64,000 nt of DNA from an uncultured bacterium (GTDB taxonomy: Bacteria > CSSED10-310 > CAZUFC01). Below are positions 9,860 to 20,328 of the stretch, in pieces (the first letter of the stretch is position 1; every line of letters begins with the position of its first letter). Under the pieces are notes generated by a model, which saw only the letters and a list, made by a program, of their open reading frames with translations, had not been told where the DNA came from and did not search any database. Made by a program: the position numbers and the translations under genes. Location of the stretch: positions 1 through 64,000 of the forward strand of contig CAZUFC010000007.1 of the NCBI GenBank assembly GCA_964619725.1, read 5' to 3'.

Positions 9860-10549
9860 ATGGATAAGAGAAAAATGCCGCTTATTTTAGCGTTCTGTTT
9901 CGGTATAAGTCCAATAATCGCTTTTTTCATAAATCAGAAACAGGTGAAGGAAATTTTGAGTGCGGAACTGGATAAATGGATGATCATCATTGCGGGGTTC
10001 GCTCTGCTTCTGGGTATCGTCAACGTGGTTCAGAACAGCGTGGTAAAAATAAAGAAGAGGCAGTCCGGCTGGTTTTATGCCGTCGTTCTGTTGCTGGGAT
10101 TATTCGTTATGGCTTTCTTCGGATTCTTCGGCGCGTTAGGATTCTTCGGCGGGATCGGCGTAAGGCCGGACGGCACTCATACGCCGTTCAACTGGATAGC
10201 GACCAACATGTTCATACCTCTGCAATCCACCATGTTTGCGCTTCTGGCTTTTTACATCGCCTCGGCGGCTTACCGTGCTTTCCGTGCGCATAACATTGAG
10301 GCGACGATCCTTCTGGCGGCCGGGATAATCGTGATGCTGGGCCGGATACCCTTCGGGGATATGCTTTTCAACTGGATTCCGGGGGTCGAGACGCCGATGT
10401 CTTCCTTAACGGAATGGATCATGGATAAGCCCAATACCGCGGCACAGCGCGGGATCATCATCGGAGCGGCCCTGGGCGCGGCATCAATGTCTTTAAAGGT
10501 TATCCTGGGAATAGAACGTTCGTATCTCGGATCGGAAAAGGAGAGCTGA
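9860..10549 (+). CDS. Uncharacterised polytopic membrane protein
   Basis: ~6 hydrophobic segments; STMFALLAFYIASAAYRAFRA, PNTAAQRGIIIGAALG; RBS AAGGAG. Confidence 0.75.
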   Translation: MDKRKMPLILAFCFGISPIIAFFINQKQVKEILSAELDKWMIIIAGFALLLGIVNVVQNSVVKIKKRQSGWFYAVVLLLGLFVMAFFGFFGALGFFGGIGVRPDGTHTPFNWIATNMFIPLQSTMFALLAFYIASAAYRAFRAHNIEATILLAAGIIVMLGRIPFGDMLFNWIPGVETPMSSLTEWIMDKPNTAAQRGIIIGAALGAASMSLKVILGIERSYLGSEKES

Positions 10550-10551
10550 TC

Positions 10552-11430
10552 ATGGATTTCAAGAAACTGCTGTCAAAAATCGGAGATATGGACAGGCGTT
10601 GGATATACCTTCTGGTCGGACTGGGCACCATGGTACCGATCATCAAGCCGCTGGGACTGCCCGTGACTACGACGGAACCGGTGCGTCGCATTTTCAACTA
10701 CATTGAAAACCTCAATCCGGACGACAAGGTAATCATTTCTTTTGATTACGGGCCTTCCTCAGCCCCGGAAAACGAACCCATGGCCCTGGCGGTAATGAGA
10801 CACTGCGTAAAAAAGGACATCCGACTGATCGTGCTGGCCCTTTATCCGCTGGGAGGCCTCACCATGGCCGTCAACATGGTCGATCAGATCGAGCGGGATT
10901 TCCCGAACCTCAAGTACGGCATCGATTACGTCAACCTGGGGTACAAGGACGGCGGACAGGCTTCCATGAAGAAAATGGGTGAGAATATTCAGGAGGTCTT
11001 CCCGGAAGACTTCAAGCGACAGCCAGTGGATGAGTTTGAGATCATGCAGGATGTTTACGATTACAGCGACGTGGAGCTGGTTGTCAGCCTGGCTACCGGC
11101 GTCATCGGCGAATGGTGGGCGAACCTCGTCAACGCTCAGTTCGGCGTTCCCGTTGCAGTTGGTCCGACTGCCGTTTCAGCGCCGAAATATTATGCCTATT
11201 ACCGGGCCGGGCAGATGCTCGGACTTATGGGCGGACTCAAGGGAGCCTCAGAATATGAGCGGCTCCTCCTCGACCATTACCCGGACCTGACGCCGTTTTA
11301 TACGAAAGTCGGCGTTTATACGGCCACGAAAGGCATGGACGCCCAATCGATAGTGCACAGCATCATCATCATTTTCATCATACTCGGCAACCTGACTTTT
11401 CTCGTTAAAGTCGAAAAGAAAATCGCATAG
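10552..11430 (+). CDS. Uncharacterised membrane protein (TM - soluble alpha/beta domain - TM)
   Basis: DRRWIY TM, FDYGPSSAPENEP, YGIDYVNLGY, GLMGGLKGASEYE, MDAQS, C-terminal TM; 2-nt gap to the upstream gene. Confidence 0.75.
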   Translation: MDFKKLLSKIGDMDRRWIYLLVGLGTMVPIIKPLGLPVTTTEPVRRIFNYIENLNPDDKVIISFDYGPSSAPENEPMALAVMRHCVKKDIRLIVLALYPLGGLTMAVNMVDQIERDFPNLKYGIDYVNLGYKDGGQASMKKMGENIQEVFPEDFKRQPVDEFEIMQDVYDYSDVELVVSLATGVIGEWWANLVNAQFGVPVAVGPTAVSAPKYYAYYRAGQMLGLMGGLKGASEYERLLLDHYPDLTPFYTKVGVYTATKGMDAQSIVHSIIIIFIILGNLTFLVKVEKKIA

Positions 11431-11445
11431 AAGGAGCAATCCCTT

Positions 11446-12081
11446 ATGAACGAATTATTCAATACATGGGTCGCAGCCCTGCTCACATTAGGCATCCTCA
11501 GTTTCCTCTACAAAGATAATCCCTTCTTCCGGTTCACTGAAGCTCTTTTCGCCGGCGTTTCCCTCGGTTATTACGTCGGAATAACCATGGACAACACACT
11601 CATACCCAACCTCTTCAGACCGCTCATCAGAGACTTCGGTACAAATTTTTTCCTGGTCATCCCAGCGCTTCTGGGCATCATGCTTTATACCCGCTATATC
11701 CCCAAAATATCCTGGATCGGAAGGTTTTCACTGGCCGCTTTCATCGGCTACTATGCCGGGGTCATCATGCTGCAGAAACTTCACGGCGAAGTTCTTCCGC
11801 AGATGAAAAACACCTTTCTGCCTTTGAACGGCTTCAACGTTGAGATGTTGAACAATCTTGTCATCATAATCGGCGTACTGACGGTCCTGGTTTACTTCTT
11901 TTTCTCCGTCGAACATAAAGGCGCGCTCAAACCGGTATCAAAAATCGGCATTTACTTCATCATGCTCTCTTTCGGCGCGGCCTTCGGTTATACCGTCATG
12001 GGCCGTATCTCACTGCTGATCGGAAGAATGGATTTCCTTATCAATCAATGGATCATGGGTACCATTCATGCCGTATTCTAG
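11446..12081 (+). CDS. Uncharacterised polytopic membrane protein
   Basis: SFLYKDNPFFRFTE, YFFFS.EH, FGAAFGYTVMGRISLLIGR; 6-7 TMs; RBS AAGGAG. Confidence 0.75.
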   Translation: MNELFNTWVAALLTLGILSFLYKDNPFFRFTEALFAGVSLGYYVGITMDNTLIPNLFRPLIRDFGTNFFLVIPALLGIMLYTRYIPKISWIGRFSLAAFIGYYAGVIMLQKLHGEVLPQMKNTFLPLNGFNVEMLNNLVIIIGVLTVLVYFFFSVEHKGALKPVSKIGIYFIMLSFGAAFGYTVMGRISLLIGRMDFLINQWIMGTIHAVF

Positions 12082-12423
12082 CTCTATGACTTGTTGCTGA
12101 CATTCTCTACAACCTGAACCTTTAACATCACCATCATCAGACGTCATAATTCATCAGCCCGGAAAACCCATGCGAATTCAGGAAAACCGCTGCCGGCCGA
12201 TGAAGCTTCTCAGTCCGTCGAAGAATGCTTTTAAGCATTTTGTTGTTATCTTTACTGTCCCCCATTGCGACTGCCGCATTATCGCTGCAGCCGGAGAAAC
12301 GGTTTTGCGAACGTATCAAAACATCCCGAATAATCCCCGGAGGCGCAACTTATGTTCCCTTTACAAGAAGTTTCCAAACCGGCCGATCTCCCGGAACCAG
12401 ACCGGGACTCAGATGGAAAATCT

Positions 12424-12981
12424 ATGGAAAAAGAAAAAAATACCATCGATCAAAAACATGTCGAATCTCTTCTAAGACTCTTTAAATATGCCGGCAAACT
12501 CAAATCAATAAAAAGAACCGGTTGGGTCGAAAGAAATATCGAGAACCCCGAATCCGTCGCTGAGCACTCCTTCAGAACTGCCCTCATGGCCATATTCACG
12601 GGCGACGGCTTTGATATGAAAAAACTTCTTATTACTGCCCTCATCCATGATCTCTGCGAAAGCATTACGGGCGACTTGACGCCCAGAAACGGCGTAGACC
12701 CCGAACTGAAAAAACAAAAGGAATTCCAGGCGCTCAGACAGATTCTCGGTAACCTCGATCCCAACGGGTATTTCCATCAGTTATGGCGACACTTTGCTGA
12801 CGAATCCTCGCCGGAAGGAAAATTCGTCAAACAACTGGATAAACTGGAAATGGCCCTGCAAGCAAGTGAATATGCCGAAACCGGCCATGAAGGATTAACG
12901 GAATTCCTGGAGTGCGCCGATGAGAACATCGAAAACCCGCTGCTCAAAGAGTTACTGATCCGATTGAAAAAAGTAGATTGA
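12424..12981 (+). CDS. HD-domain hydrolase (YfbR/HDDC2-like 5'-deoxynucleotidase)
   Basis: LKSIKRTGW, ESVAEHSFR, IHDLCESITGD, VKQLDKLEM; start uncertain. Confidence 0.85.
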   Translation: MEKEKNTIDQKHVESLLRLFKYAGKLKSIKRTGWVERNIENPESVAEHSFRTALMAIFTGDGFDMKKLLITALIHDLCESITGDLTPRNGVDPELKKQKEFQALRQILGNLDPNGYFHQLWRHFADESSPEGKFVKQLDKLEMALQASEYAETGHEGLTEFLECADENIENPLLKELLIRLKKVD

Positions 12982-13163
12982 CGATGATATGCGGTCTCAG
13001 CAGATTGTCCCCCCCACGTTTGGACTTACAACACAGACTTGCTGACCTTTTGAATTCATTGGTATTTTTTACTTTACGACTCGGCGTGAAAATTGTCCGG
13101 TTTCTTGCCCTCTTATATCCGTTAAAAGAGCTTGATTTAATCGACAATCGATACGTTCATTGA

Positions 13164-13411
13164 TCAAATATCCGTGTTTCGAGGTTTCAATTTTCGCAAC
13201 CCTTCAAATCTGATAAACATAAAACAAATCTCCTCGTAATTATTTATTGCGATTGCGATACCGATGCCGATGCCGAAACAGACGGCCTTCGATGACAAAA
13301 CAGCGGTGAGTTCGTCAAACAAATATTTTCGGATCAGGTTTAGTTTCTTCATAGGGATTTCGATGTGTTAGATGTTTTATGAAAAAGTTTGATCCCGGTT
13401 TGATCAGTCCC
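13164..13411 (-). repeat. Dispersed intergenic repeat element (longest copy)
   Basis: Reverse complement aligns by eye to 24791-25007 (gggactgat..., ctttttcataaaac, cggtatcgcaatcg, ggagatttgtttt, aacctc.aaacacggatat). Confidence 0.75.
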
Positions 13412-13742
13412 TCATTTTTTTGATCTCTTTGTCTGGTTTTCGTAAACCGTTTCACAATTTATGATCAAGCCTGTCAGGAGCTCAAACGGTATAAATTTTT
13501 GCAAAGGTCTTTACTTTTACACGAATAGGCGCTATGTTTTATTTGTTGTCTTAGCCGAGGAGGGTGGCATACGCGCATTTTATCATCCTGTGAAATAAGT
13601 CGAAGGAAAATTTAAAACTTATCCGAAAGGCGTTGGAATTATAGGAATTGTTTTCGTATTTGAGTCCCCGGAATTAAATTTGTTTGTATAAAGGCGTTAA
13701 ATTTCTATCCAGCGAATAACGTATCGTAAGGGAATCACGACG

Positions 13743-16610
13743 ATGGACGGTATGCTTGAGGAATCGCCAGGTTCAAGCAAAGACAGTAAAAGAGAAGCCG
13801 GCGACAATTCATTAAAAAAGAAATATGAAGAACTGAAAGCGAAATATGAATCGCTTTTCGATTCATCTCCTTATGCCGTGGTTACATTCGATTTATCGGG
13901 TTACGTAACTTCATGCAACAAGTCCGCTGCCGCATTTACAGGCAAACCTGCAGAGGAGATAGTGGGTTTGCATTATTCACAAGCGGGAGTAATGGATGAG
14001 GAGCAAACGCGGAATTTCGAGAGACTTTTCAAGGGATTGACAGCGGGCAAGAGTTATGCTGCGGTGGAGATAACCCTAAGGGGGCCGGACGGAAGTACAC
14101 GGCGTCTTGAGACGTTTCCTCGTCTGATAGTATACGAAGGGGTTCCCGGCGGAGTGCAGATAACGGCGCACGATGTAACGAAAAAGAAGGATGCTGAATT
14201 GCGGCGTACCTTAATGAATACGAAGCTGATAAAGCTGGCTAAAGACCCGCTGTTGCATGATGGTAATTTCAATGAAGCATTGAATTTACTTACGGAGAGC
14301 GCTGCAGAGTCTTTATCGGTTTTTGCGGTGTGCGTATGTCTTTTCGGCGAGTTCAAAAAGGAGTTGAAGATATATGATTTTTATAATGCGGAGGAAGGCA
14401 GTCACACGGCGGGGGCTGTAATACCTTTCACGGATGATCCCGATTTTCGGCTGGAGTTATTGACCAGGCGAGTGTATACGAAGAACCGGGGAGATTCTGA
14501 GATTAGATCGATCAATCCGATAGCCGCGTATTTTCCGACGTGCGGGAAACATGCTTTCATGACGTCTCAGATCATATACAAGGGAGATGTAGCAGGATTC
14601 GTATATTTTGAAAAATCGACTGATTACTGGAAATGGACCTATGAGGAGGAGAATTTTGCCGGTTCGATAGCGGATTATATCGCCATAGCGAAAGAGTCTG
14701 CAGAGAGAAGGTCATGGGAAGAGCGTCTTCAGTTTCAATCGGATATTTTAAATATGATCAGCGACCACATACTGGTCACAGACCCCAACGGCATAATCAC
14801 TTATGTGAATGAGACAGAAAAAAGGACTTTACAAAAACCTGAAAGGGAGATTATCGGCGAGAGCGTTTTTTCTCTGGGAGATAACAAACAAAAGGGAGCG
14901 ACGCAGGAGGAGATACTTGAAAAGACGGTAAAGAATGGTTCGTGGAGAGGAGAGGTCGTCAATCGTGCGGGAACAGGCGAAGAAATAATCTTTGATTGTC
15001 GGACACAGTTAATGCTTGACGAGAAGGGGGCTCCCAAGGCGCTGGTGGGCATATCGACGGATGTAACGGAGCAGAAGAAAGCAGAGGAGAAGCTTCGTTC
15101 GAGTGAAGAGAAATTTCGAGCTTTCATAAATTCGACGACAGACATGGCCTTTCTGAAGGACGACCGGTTCCTTCACATTCTGGCAAATAAAGCCTATCAA
15201 GGGTTTTTAGGCAAAGAGCATGAGGAGATCGTCGGTAAATCGGATTTCGAGCTTTTGCCGAAGGAATTGGCGGAAGGGTGCCGTGAAACCGATTTGCGAG
15301 CCTTGAAGGCCGGTCACACCATTACATTCGAAGAAACTTTCGGCGAAAAGAGTTTTATGAGCAACAAATTTCCCGTGGTATTAGGAACAGGTAAAATCGG
15401 CGTCGGCGGTCTCATCAGGGACATAACCGAACAAAAGCGTGCTGAAGAAATAAAGAGAAGAGCCGAAGCGATGGAATCGCTGGGAGCATTGGCCGGCGGG
15501 GTAGCCCATGATCTGAATAATATACTGGGCCCGCTGGTGGGATATCCTGAATTGCTGCTCATGAAACTGCCTGAAGACAGTCCGTTAAGGGAAGATATAC
15601 TGCAAATCAAACAAGCTGCTTCCCGGGCGGCAGATGAAGTCCAGGACCTCCTGACGCTTTCCAGGCGAGCTCATTACCTGATGAGTCCCCTAAACATTAA
15701 TACCATGATAAAGAACCTGATCAACTGTCCTGAATTCAATAAACTGAAAGAAGAATCCTCCGAAATCCGGCTTGAAGTAAATCCGAGCGATAATTTGCTT
15801 CCGGTAAAAGGCTCGGAAAACCATCTTTCCAAGGCTTTGATGAATCTGGTCATTAATGCTTATGATGCGATGCCGGAGGGGGGCACGCTGAAGATTTCCA
15901 CCAGGAACCTGTATGTTGAAAAGGTTGAAGAGGAAAAAGGACCTGCGCTGGAAATGGATAAAGGCGAATATATTGAGATAGTTGTAGAGGATAATGGCGC
16001 CGGCATACCGGACGAGTTTATTCACAAAATATTCGAGCCTTTTTTTTCAAAAAAGAAACTGGGACGCCGTTCGGGATCAGGGCTTGGTCTGGCCGTTGTA
16101 AACGGGGTTATTTCCGATCATCACGGATATATAACGGTTAAATCAAGAATCAATGAAGGAACGTCGTTTCGAATACTATTGCCGGCGATCAGGGATAACA
16201 TAGTTTCTCCGCTTCATCCGCCGAGTGATTTAAAAGGCCAGGGCACGATTCTTATCGTCGACGACGATGAAGGGCAAAGAAATATAATGGAAAAATTGCT
16301 CAACTCGTTGGGATACGACGTATCCTCGGTCTCCAACGGCTATTCGGCATTGGAATATCTGGAAGAGAATGATCCTGACATCGTCATTCTGGACATGATT
16401 ATGCCCGATATGGACGGACTGGACACCTTCAAAGAGATTCGCAAAAAAGCGCCCAACCAGAAAACAGTTATCGCCAGCGGTTTCTCCCAGTCCAGACGCG
16501 TCAGGGAAGCGCAAAAGCTGGGTGCCGGAGAATTCATAAAAAAACCAATGACGCTTGAAAGTCTGGGTACTGTCGTCAGCAACGCCCTGAGCAAAAAAAA
16601 CCGGGCTTGA
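13743..16610 (+). CDS. Cytoplasmic hybrid sensor kinase PAS-GAF-PAS-PAS-HisKA-HATPase-REC
   Basis: PAS ends (HDVT, TDVT, RDIT), H-box AHDLNN, N-box NLVINAYDAM, DNGAGI, GSGLGL, receiver LDMIMP. Confidence 0.92.
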   Translation: MDGMLEESPGSSKDSKREAGDNSLKKKYEELKAKYESLFDSSPYAVVTFDLSGYVTSCNKSAAAFTGKPAEEIVGLHYSQAGVMDEEQTRNFERLFKGLTAGKSYAAVEITLRGPDGSTRRLETFPRLIVYEGVPGGVQITAHDVTKKKDAELRRTLMNTKLIKLAKDPLLHDGNFNEALNLLTESAAESLSVFAVCVCLFGEFKKELKIYDFYNAEEGSHTAGAVIPFTDDPDFRLELLTRRVYTKNRGDSEIRSINPIAAYFPTCGKHAFMTSQIIYKGDVAGFVYFEKSTDYWKWTYEEENFAGSIADYIAIAKESAERRSWEERLQFQSDILNMISDHILVTDPNGIITYVNETEKRTLQKPEREIIGESVFSLGDNKQKGATQEEILEKTVKNGSWRGEVVNRAGTGEEIIFDCRTQLMLDEKGAPKALVGISTDVTEQKKAEEKLRSSEEKFRAFINSTTDMAFLKDDRFLHILANKAYQGFLGKEHEEIVGKSDFELLPKELAEGCRETDLRALKAGHTITFEETFGEKSFMSNKFPVVLGTGKIGVGGLIRDITEQKRAEEIKRRAEAMESLGALAGGVAHDLNNILGPLVGYPELLLMKLPEDSPLREDILQIKQAASRAADEVQDLLTLSRRAHYLMSPLNINTMIKNLINCPEFNKLKEESSEIRLEVNPSDNLLPVKGSENHLSKALMNLVINAYDAMPEGGTLKISTRNLYVEKVEEEKGPALEMDKGEYIEIVVEDNGAGIPDEFIHKIFEPFFSKKKLGRRSGSGLGLAVVNGVISDHHGYITVKSRINEGTSFRILLPAIRDNIVSPLHPPSDLKGQGTILIVDDDEGQRNIMEKLLNSLGYDVSSVSNGYSALEYLEENDPDIVILDMIMPDMDGLDTFKEIRKKAPNQKTVIASGFSQSRRVREAQKLGAGEFIKKPMTLESLGTVVSNALSKKNRA

Positions 16611-16743
16611 TTGCAGAGACATACCGATTGGTTAATTCCATATGAACAGCACCCTTCTTTTGTATCCGATAGAAAGAGATTCCGAATATAGACCTTCCAT
16701 GCATCCTTGCAGTTTTTCCAATTTTTCGACCGCCGCGGCTGAA

Positions 16744-17250
16744 TTATTTACTCATCAGTTCATCGCGGATCAAACGACACAAACGGGGAATCAATTCTTC
16801 AAGTTCCGGTGAGAGTTCCATCCCCAGCTCGATGCATTTCGGTTCTATTCCGAAAACGACTATTTCTGGAAGGTGAACCAACTGAAGGTCCCATAATTTA
16901 ACGGCATCGGCGAGGCTCAGGGAATGCAATGATATGACGGGATTTGAGTCTGAATATAAATCCTGGGCGGACAGCTTGTAAACGGTTCCCGGGGAATTAT
17001 TCCCTGAAACGGCATCGATCAGAACAACGAATTTCTTGCCGTCGAGCAGGGGAACAAGGTCCAGTGCGCTCGTTCCAGCATCCACCAGGTCCACGCCTTG
17101 TGGAAGGTCGTAATCTTTGAGCGCTGCAACGACCTTTATGCCGACTCCGTCATCTCCCATCAAGGGATTGCCGAATCCTGCAACCAGGGCCCAATTATCC
17201 GTCATATTACGCCTTGAGTCTTCAGAGTCCATGATTTCAGTTTCTCCCAT
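16744..17250 (-). CDS. Hydrogenase maturation protease
   Basis: GFGNPLMGDDGVG, DAGT, IDAV, SLH; downstream of large subunit; true start may be further in. Confidence 0.9.
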   Translation of the reverse strand: MGETEIMDSEDSRRNMTDNWALVAGFGNPLMGDDGVGIKVVAALKDYDLPQGVDLVDAGTSALDLVPLLDGKKFVVLIDAVSGNNSPGTVYKLSAQDLYSDSNPVISLHSLSLADAVKLWDLQLVHLPEIVVFGIEPKCIELGMELSPELEELIPRLCRLIRDELMSK

Positions 17251-17388
17251 ACGATCCTGGAATCCCTATTGCGCTGCCCGCAGAATCTTCCAATTGACAA
17301 GCTTGTCGGTGAATCATGAAGCGGGATAACATTTTGACGGTAGGGGACCGCTTTTTCGTATTCAATGCGGAATGATTTGCGGTTACAG

Positions 17389-17451
17389 GAAACTGCGTCT
17401 CGTTTTCAGAACGCTTTTCTCATAACGTTCATTCCGACGAGACGCAGCTTC
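17389..17451. other. Long intergenic hairpin between hydrogenase large subunit and protease
   Basis: aactgcgtctcgt ... acgagacgcagct outer stem with inner gaacg/cgttc stem. Confidence 0.65.
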
Positions 17452-17471
17452 ACCGAATACCGGTATTTAAA

Positions 17472-19049
17472 TCAGAAGACCGGCAGTTCTATGGTTTTCT
17501 TTTCGACAGATTTATCAATGTGCGACAAATGGATAGCGCATGCCAGGCAGGGATCGAATGAACGAACGATCCTGGCAGGTTCCATCGGCGCGTCATGGTC
17601 TGTTACGGGGGCATCCATAAGGGCTTTTTCTATCGGCCCCATATTCTTGTCGTCATCTCTGGGGCCGGCGTTCCAGGTAGTAGGAACCACGGCCTGGTAA
17701 TTGGCGATTTTACCGTTTTCTATAAGGATCCAATGACCGAGGGCGCCGCGCGGCGCTTCGGTTAAACCCATGCCTTTGGCCTTATCGGGAATGCTGAAAG
17801 GCGTATGGAAAGGCTCGCCTGGTTTGAGCTGGTCAACGTAGTCGAGTAATTTATGGGCGACGATGCTCGTTTCGAGCGCACGAGCCAGATGCCTTCCTGC
17901 AGCCGTGTTGATGATGCTTAAATTCGCATCGAGCTTATTCAGAGCCTCATCGAATTTTTTCTTCACATCTTCATGGCCCTTCATATAAGCAACGACCATT
18001 CGAGCTCCGGGACCGACTTCCATAGGTTCTCCGTCATAACGGGGAGCCTTGACCCACGAATAAGCCTTCTTCTTTTCAAATTCGGGTTCCGTTTTACCTT
18101 CATGCGGGTAGGCCGGGTCCATTTTTTTGAACCGGGAGAATCTGACATGCTCGGAAATCTTCGTATGATCAAAATCCTCTACTGTAGAAATTTTAACCAC
18201 TCCCGCAGGCAGATACCTTTCAACTGCATCGTTCGTTTCCTCGAAAACGCCGTACGAAAGATAATTGCCGTAACTCTTGCCGACTTCGGCGCAACCGGGA
18301 AATAATCCCGCCAGAGCGATAATATCGGGAACATAAACATCATCGATGAATTCAATTAAAGAAGCCAACCTCATTTTGTATCCGACGATTTTATCCACGG
18401 TGGGTTTCTGAGTGGCTCCGCCCGGAGCTATGGCCAGTTGATGCGGCATACGACCGCCGAAAACGGTCAACATCTCATGGGCCAGCCTTCTCGCATCCAG
18501 GGCCTTCAGATAATGATCTATCAACTGTATGTTTACATCAACATCTTTTACATAAAAATCGCCTTCATATCGGGGAAGAAAAGGACCTAATGCGACGGGT
18601 TCTCCGGCTTCAGCCTGTTTGAGGCCGTTCAAAACCCAATTTTTCAGTTTGATGAGTCTGTTGTCCGACCCCTTGTATTTCGCAATAGCCGTTATGTCTA
18701 CATAATCCAGGGCCGCCAAATGATAAAAGTGGAGGACGTGCGATTGAATGAAATTCGCGCCCAGCATCAGATTACGTATCAGACGGCCGTTATCCGGCGG
18801 TTCTATGCCGAAGGCCGCGTCCAGATTCAGGGTTGATGCTTGAGCATGACTGGAGGGACAAACGCCGCAGATTCGTTGAGTGATATGCTGCGCATCGACG
18901 GGATTCCTTCCTGCCAGTATGTTTTCGAATCCTCGGAACATCTCTCCGCAGGAGTAAGCATCAACAACCTTCCCATCTTTTACTTCTACATCTATCTTCA
19001 GATGCCCTTCTATTCTTGTAATAGGGTCTATCGTAATTTTTTTCTTCAT
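17472..19049 (-). CDS. [NiFe] hydrogenase large subunit (group 1, probably 1a)
   Basis: DPITRIEGH, L1 TQRICGVCPSSH, EAPRGALGH, L2 SFDPCLACAIH plus cleavable C-terminal extension. Confidence 0.95.
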   Translation of the reverse strand: MKKKITIDPITRIEGHLKIDVEVKDGKVVDAYSCGEMFRGFENILAGRNPVDAQHITQRICGVCPSSHAQASTLNLDAAFGIEPPDNGRLIRNLMLGANFIQSHVLHFYHLAALDYVDITAIAKYKGSDNRLIKLKNWVLNGLKQAEAGEPVALGPFLPRYEGDFYVKDVDVNIQLIDHYLKALDARRLAHEMLTVFGGRMPHQLAIAPGGATQKPTVDKIVGYKMRLASLIEFIDDVYVPDIIALAGLFPGCAEVGKSYGNYLSYGVFEETNDAVERYLPAGVVKISTVEDFDHTKISEHVRFSRFKKMDPAYPHEGKTEPEFEKKKAYSWVKAPRYDGEPMEVGPGARMVVAYMKGHEDVKKKFDEALNKLDANLSIINTAAGRHLARALETSIVAHKLLDYVDQLKPGEPFHTPFSIPDKAKGMGLTEAPRGALGHWILIENGKIANYQAVVPTTWNAGPRDDDKNMGPIEKALMDAPVTDHDAPMEPARIVRSFDPCLACAIHLSHIDKSVEKKTIELPVF

Positions 19050-19071
19050 TATCTGCGCTCCTTATTCGGCC

Positions 19072-20019
19072 TTAGGCTATTTGTTGTACTTTAATTTTGT
19101 CTTTCGCCACCGCGCCTCGCAGACCTACGCCGAAATGATCGGGAAATGTCGAAGCGGTGCAACCGATACACGGCGATCCGCACGTAATGCAGTTGTTGAC
19201 GCCGCCGTTCCAGCCTCTTTTCATGACGTCGCAGTGGGAAACAGGGCCCTTGCAGCCTAATTCCAGCAGACAATAAGGTTCGCCGTAATCTTTCGCGAAT
19301 TTTCCTTCCTCATAATAACTGTATCTTTCGCAGTTCTCATGAACATCAGGATAAAATATGGCCGGGCGTCCTTCGCCGTCCAGCTTGGGAACGCCGTACC
19401 ACAAATAGTGGGCGATTGTGCCGACCATCCAGTCGGGATGAGGCGGACAACCCGAAACATTAATGACCGGTATTTGAATGTCATTTTGTTTCAACCAGTC
19501 CGTAAGATGTACGGCTCCCGTCAGATTACCCTCCCCAGCGGGAATGCCGCCGAAGGCAGCGCAAGTTCCTACGGCAATGGCGGCCTGCGATTCGACTGCT
19601 ATTTCTTTGACGAGGTCTCCGAAGTAAATATGTTCGCCCTCTCTTTGTCCTAACGTGCAGCATACTTCATGAGCAGTCGGTATGGAACCTTCGACTACGA
19701 GAACCACCTTGCCCTTCTTGGCGGCAAGCGTTTCATCGATTGCCTGAGTCGAAACATCGCCCGTTCCAGCCATGATAGTCGCATGGTATTTCATGCTTAT
19801 GACTTGCGTAATGACTTTCGCTATGTCCGGATACTGAGCGTTCAGAATGGAAACGCTGCAGCCGGAACAGGATTGACCTTGCACCCAGATGACCGGCGGC
19901 AGAGCCGGCGTCTCTGCGAGCGCTTTCGCGATTTTCATCATTCCCAGTTTTGAAGACCCGGCAACGGCTCCCGTCGCCAAAGCCAACTTAAGAAACTGTC
20001 TTCTTGAAATTTTCTCCAT
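19072..20019 (-). CDS. [NiFe] hydrogenase small subunit, Tat-exported
   Basis: SRRQFLK twin-Arg signal, CSGC, GTCA, GCPPHP, HENC, CLLELGC, NNCITCGSPCIGC. Confidence 0.95.
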   Translation of the reverse strand: MEKISRRQFLKLALATGAVAGSSKLGMMKIAKALAETPALPPVIWVQGQSCSGCSVSILNAQYPDIAKVITQVISMKYHATIMAGTGDVSTQAIDETLAAKKGKVVLVVEGSIPTAHEVCCTLGQREGEHIYFGDLVKEIAVESQAAIAVGTCAAFGGIPAGEGNLTGAVHLTDWLKQNDIQIPVINVSGCPPHPDWMVGTIAHYLWYGVPKLDGEGRPAIFYPDVHENCERYSYYEEGKFAKDYGEPYCLLELGCKGPVSHCDVMKRGWNGGVNNCITCGSPCIGCTASTFPDHFGVGLRGAVAKDKIKVQQIA

Positions 20020-20207
20020 TTATTCCTCCCTCTGGAGTTTGACTTAATTCTAGTGAAATCCGCCCTCACTTTATCATAGCGACTTCGCCAAGGATGTCAA
20101 TAAAATATTGATGCGGAATCCCAACAGTATGCCCGGCGAGAATAAGCCATTTCACGATCCTTCAGCGTGCTTTCGCAGCATTGGAGAAAATCGGCCTTTC
20201 ATGGACA

Positions 20208-20254
20208 AAAAAGAGTTAACCCGCATTTCTCCTATTCGATAGATCAATGCGGGC
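20208..20254 (-). terminator. Possible intrinsic terminator after the 1278-aa gene
   Basis: cccgcatt/aatgcggg stem followed on the minus strand by a T-run. Confidence 0.35.
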
Positions 20255-20328
20255 TACATTAATTTATTTTTCAGTCGCTTAACTCAGATACGCCATTGGC
20301 CGGCTTTTTCAGCTATAATCCTTTCGCT

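Noticed and set aside
17530-17560. Possible selenocysteine in hydrogenase L2 motif
   Set aside because: Both codons are TGC; the frame is open without recoding
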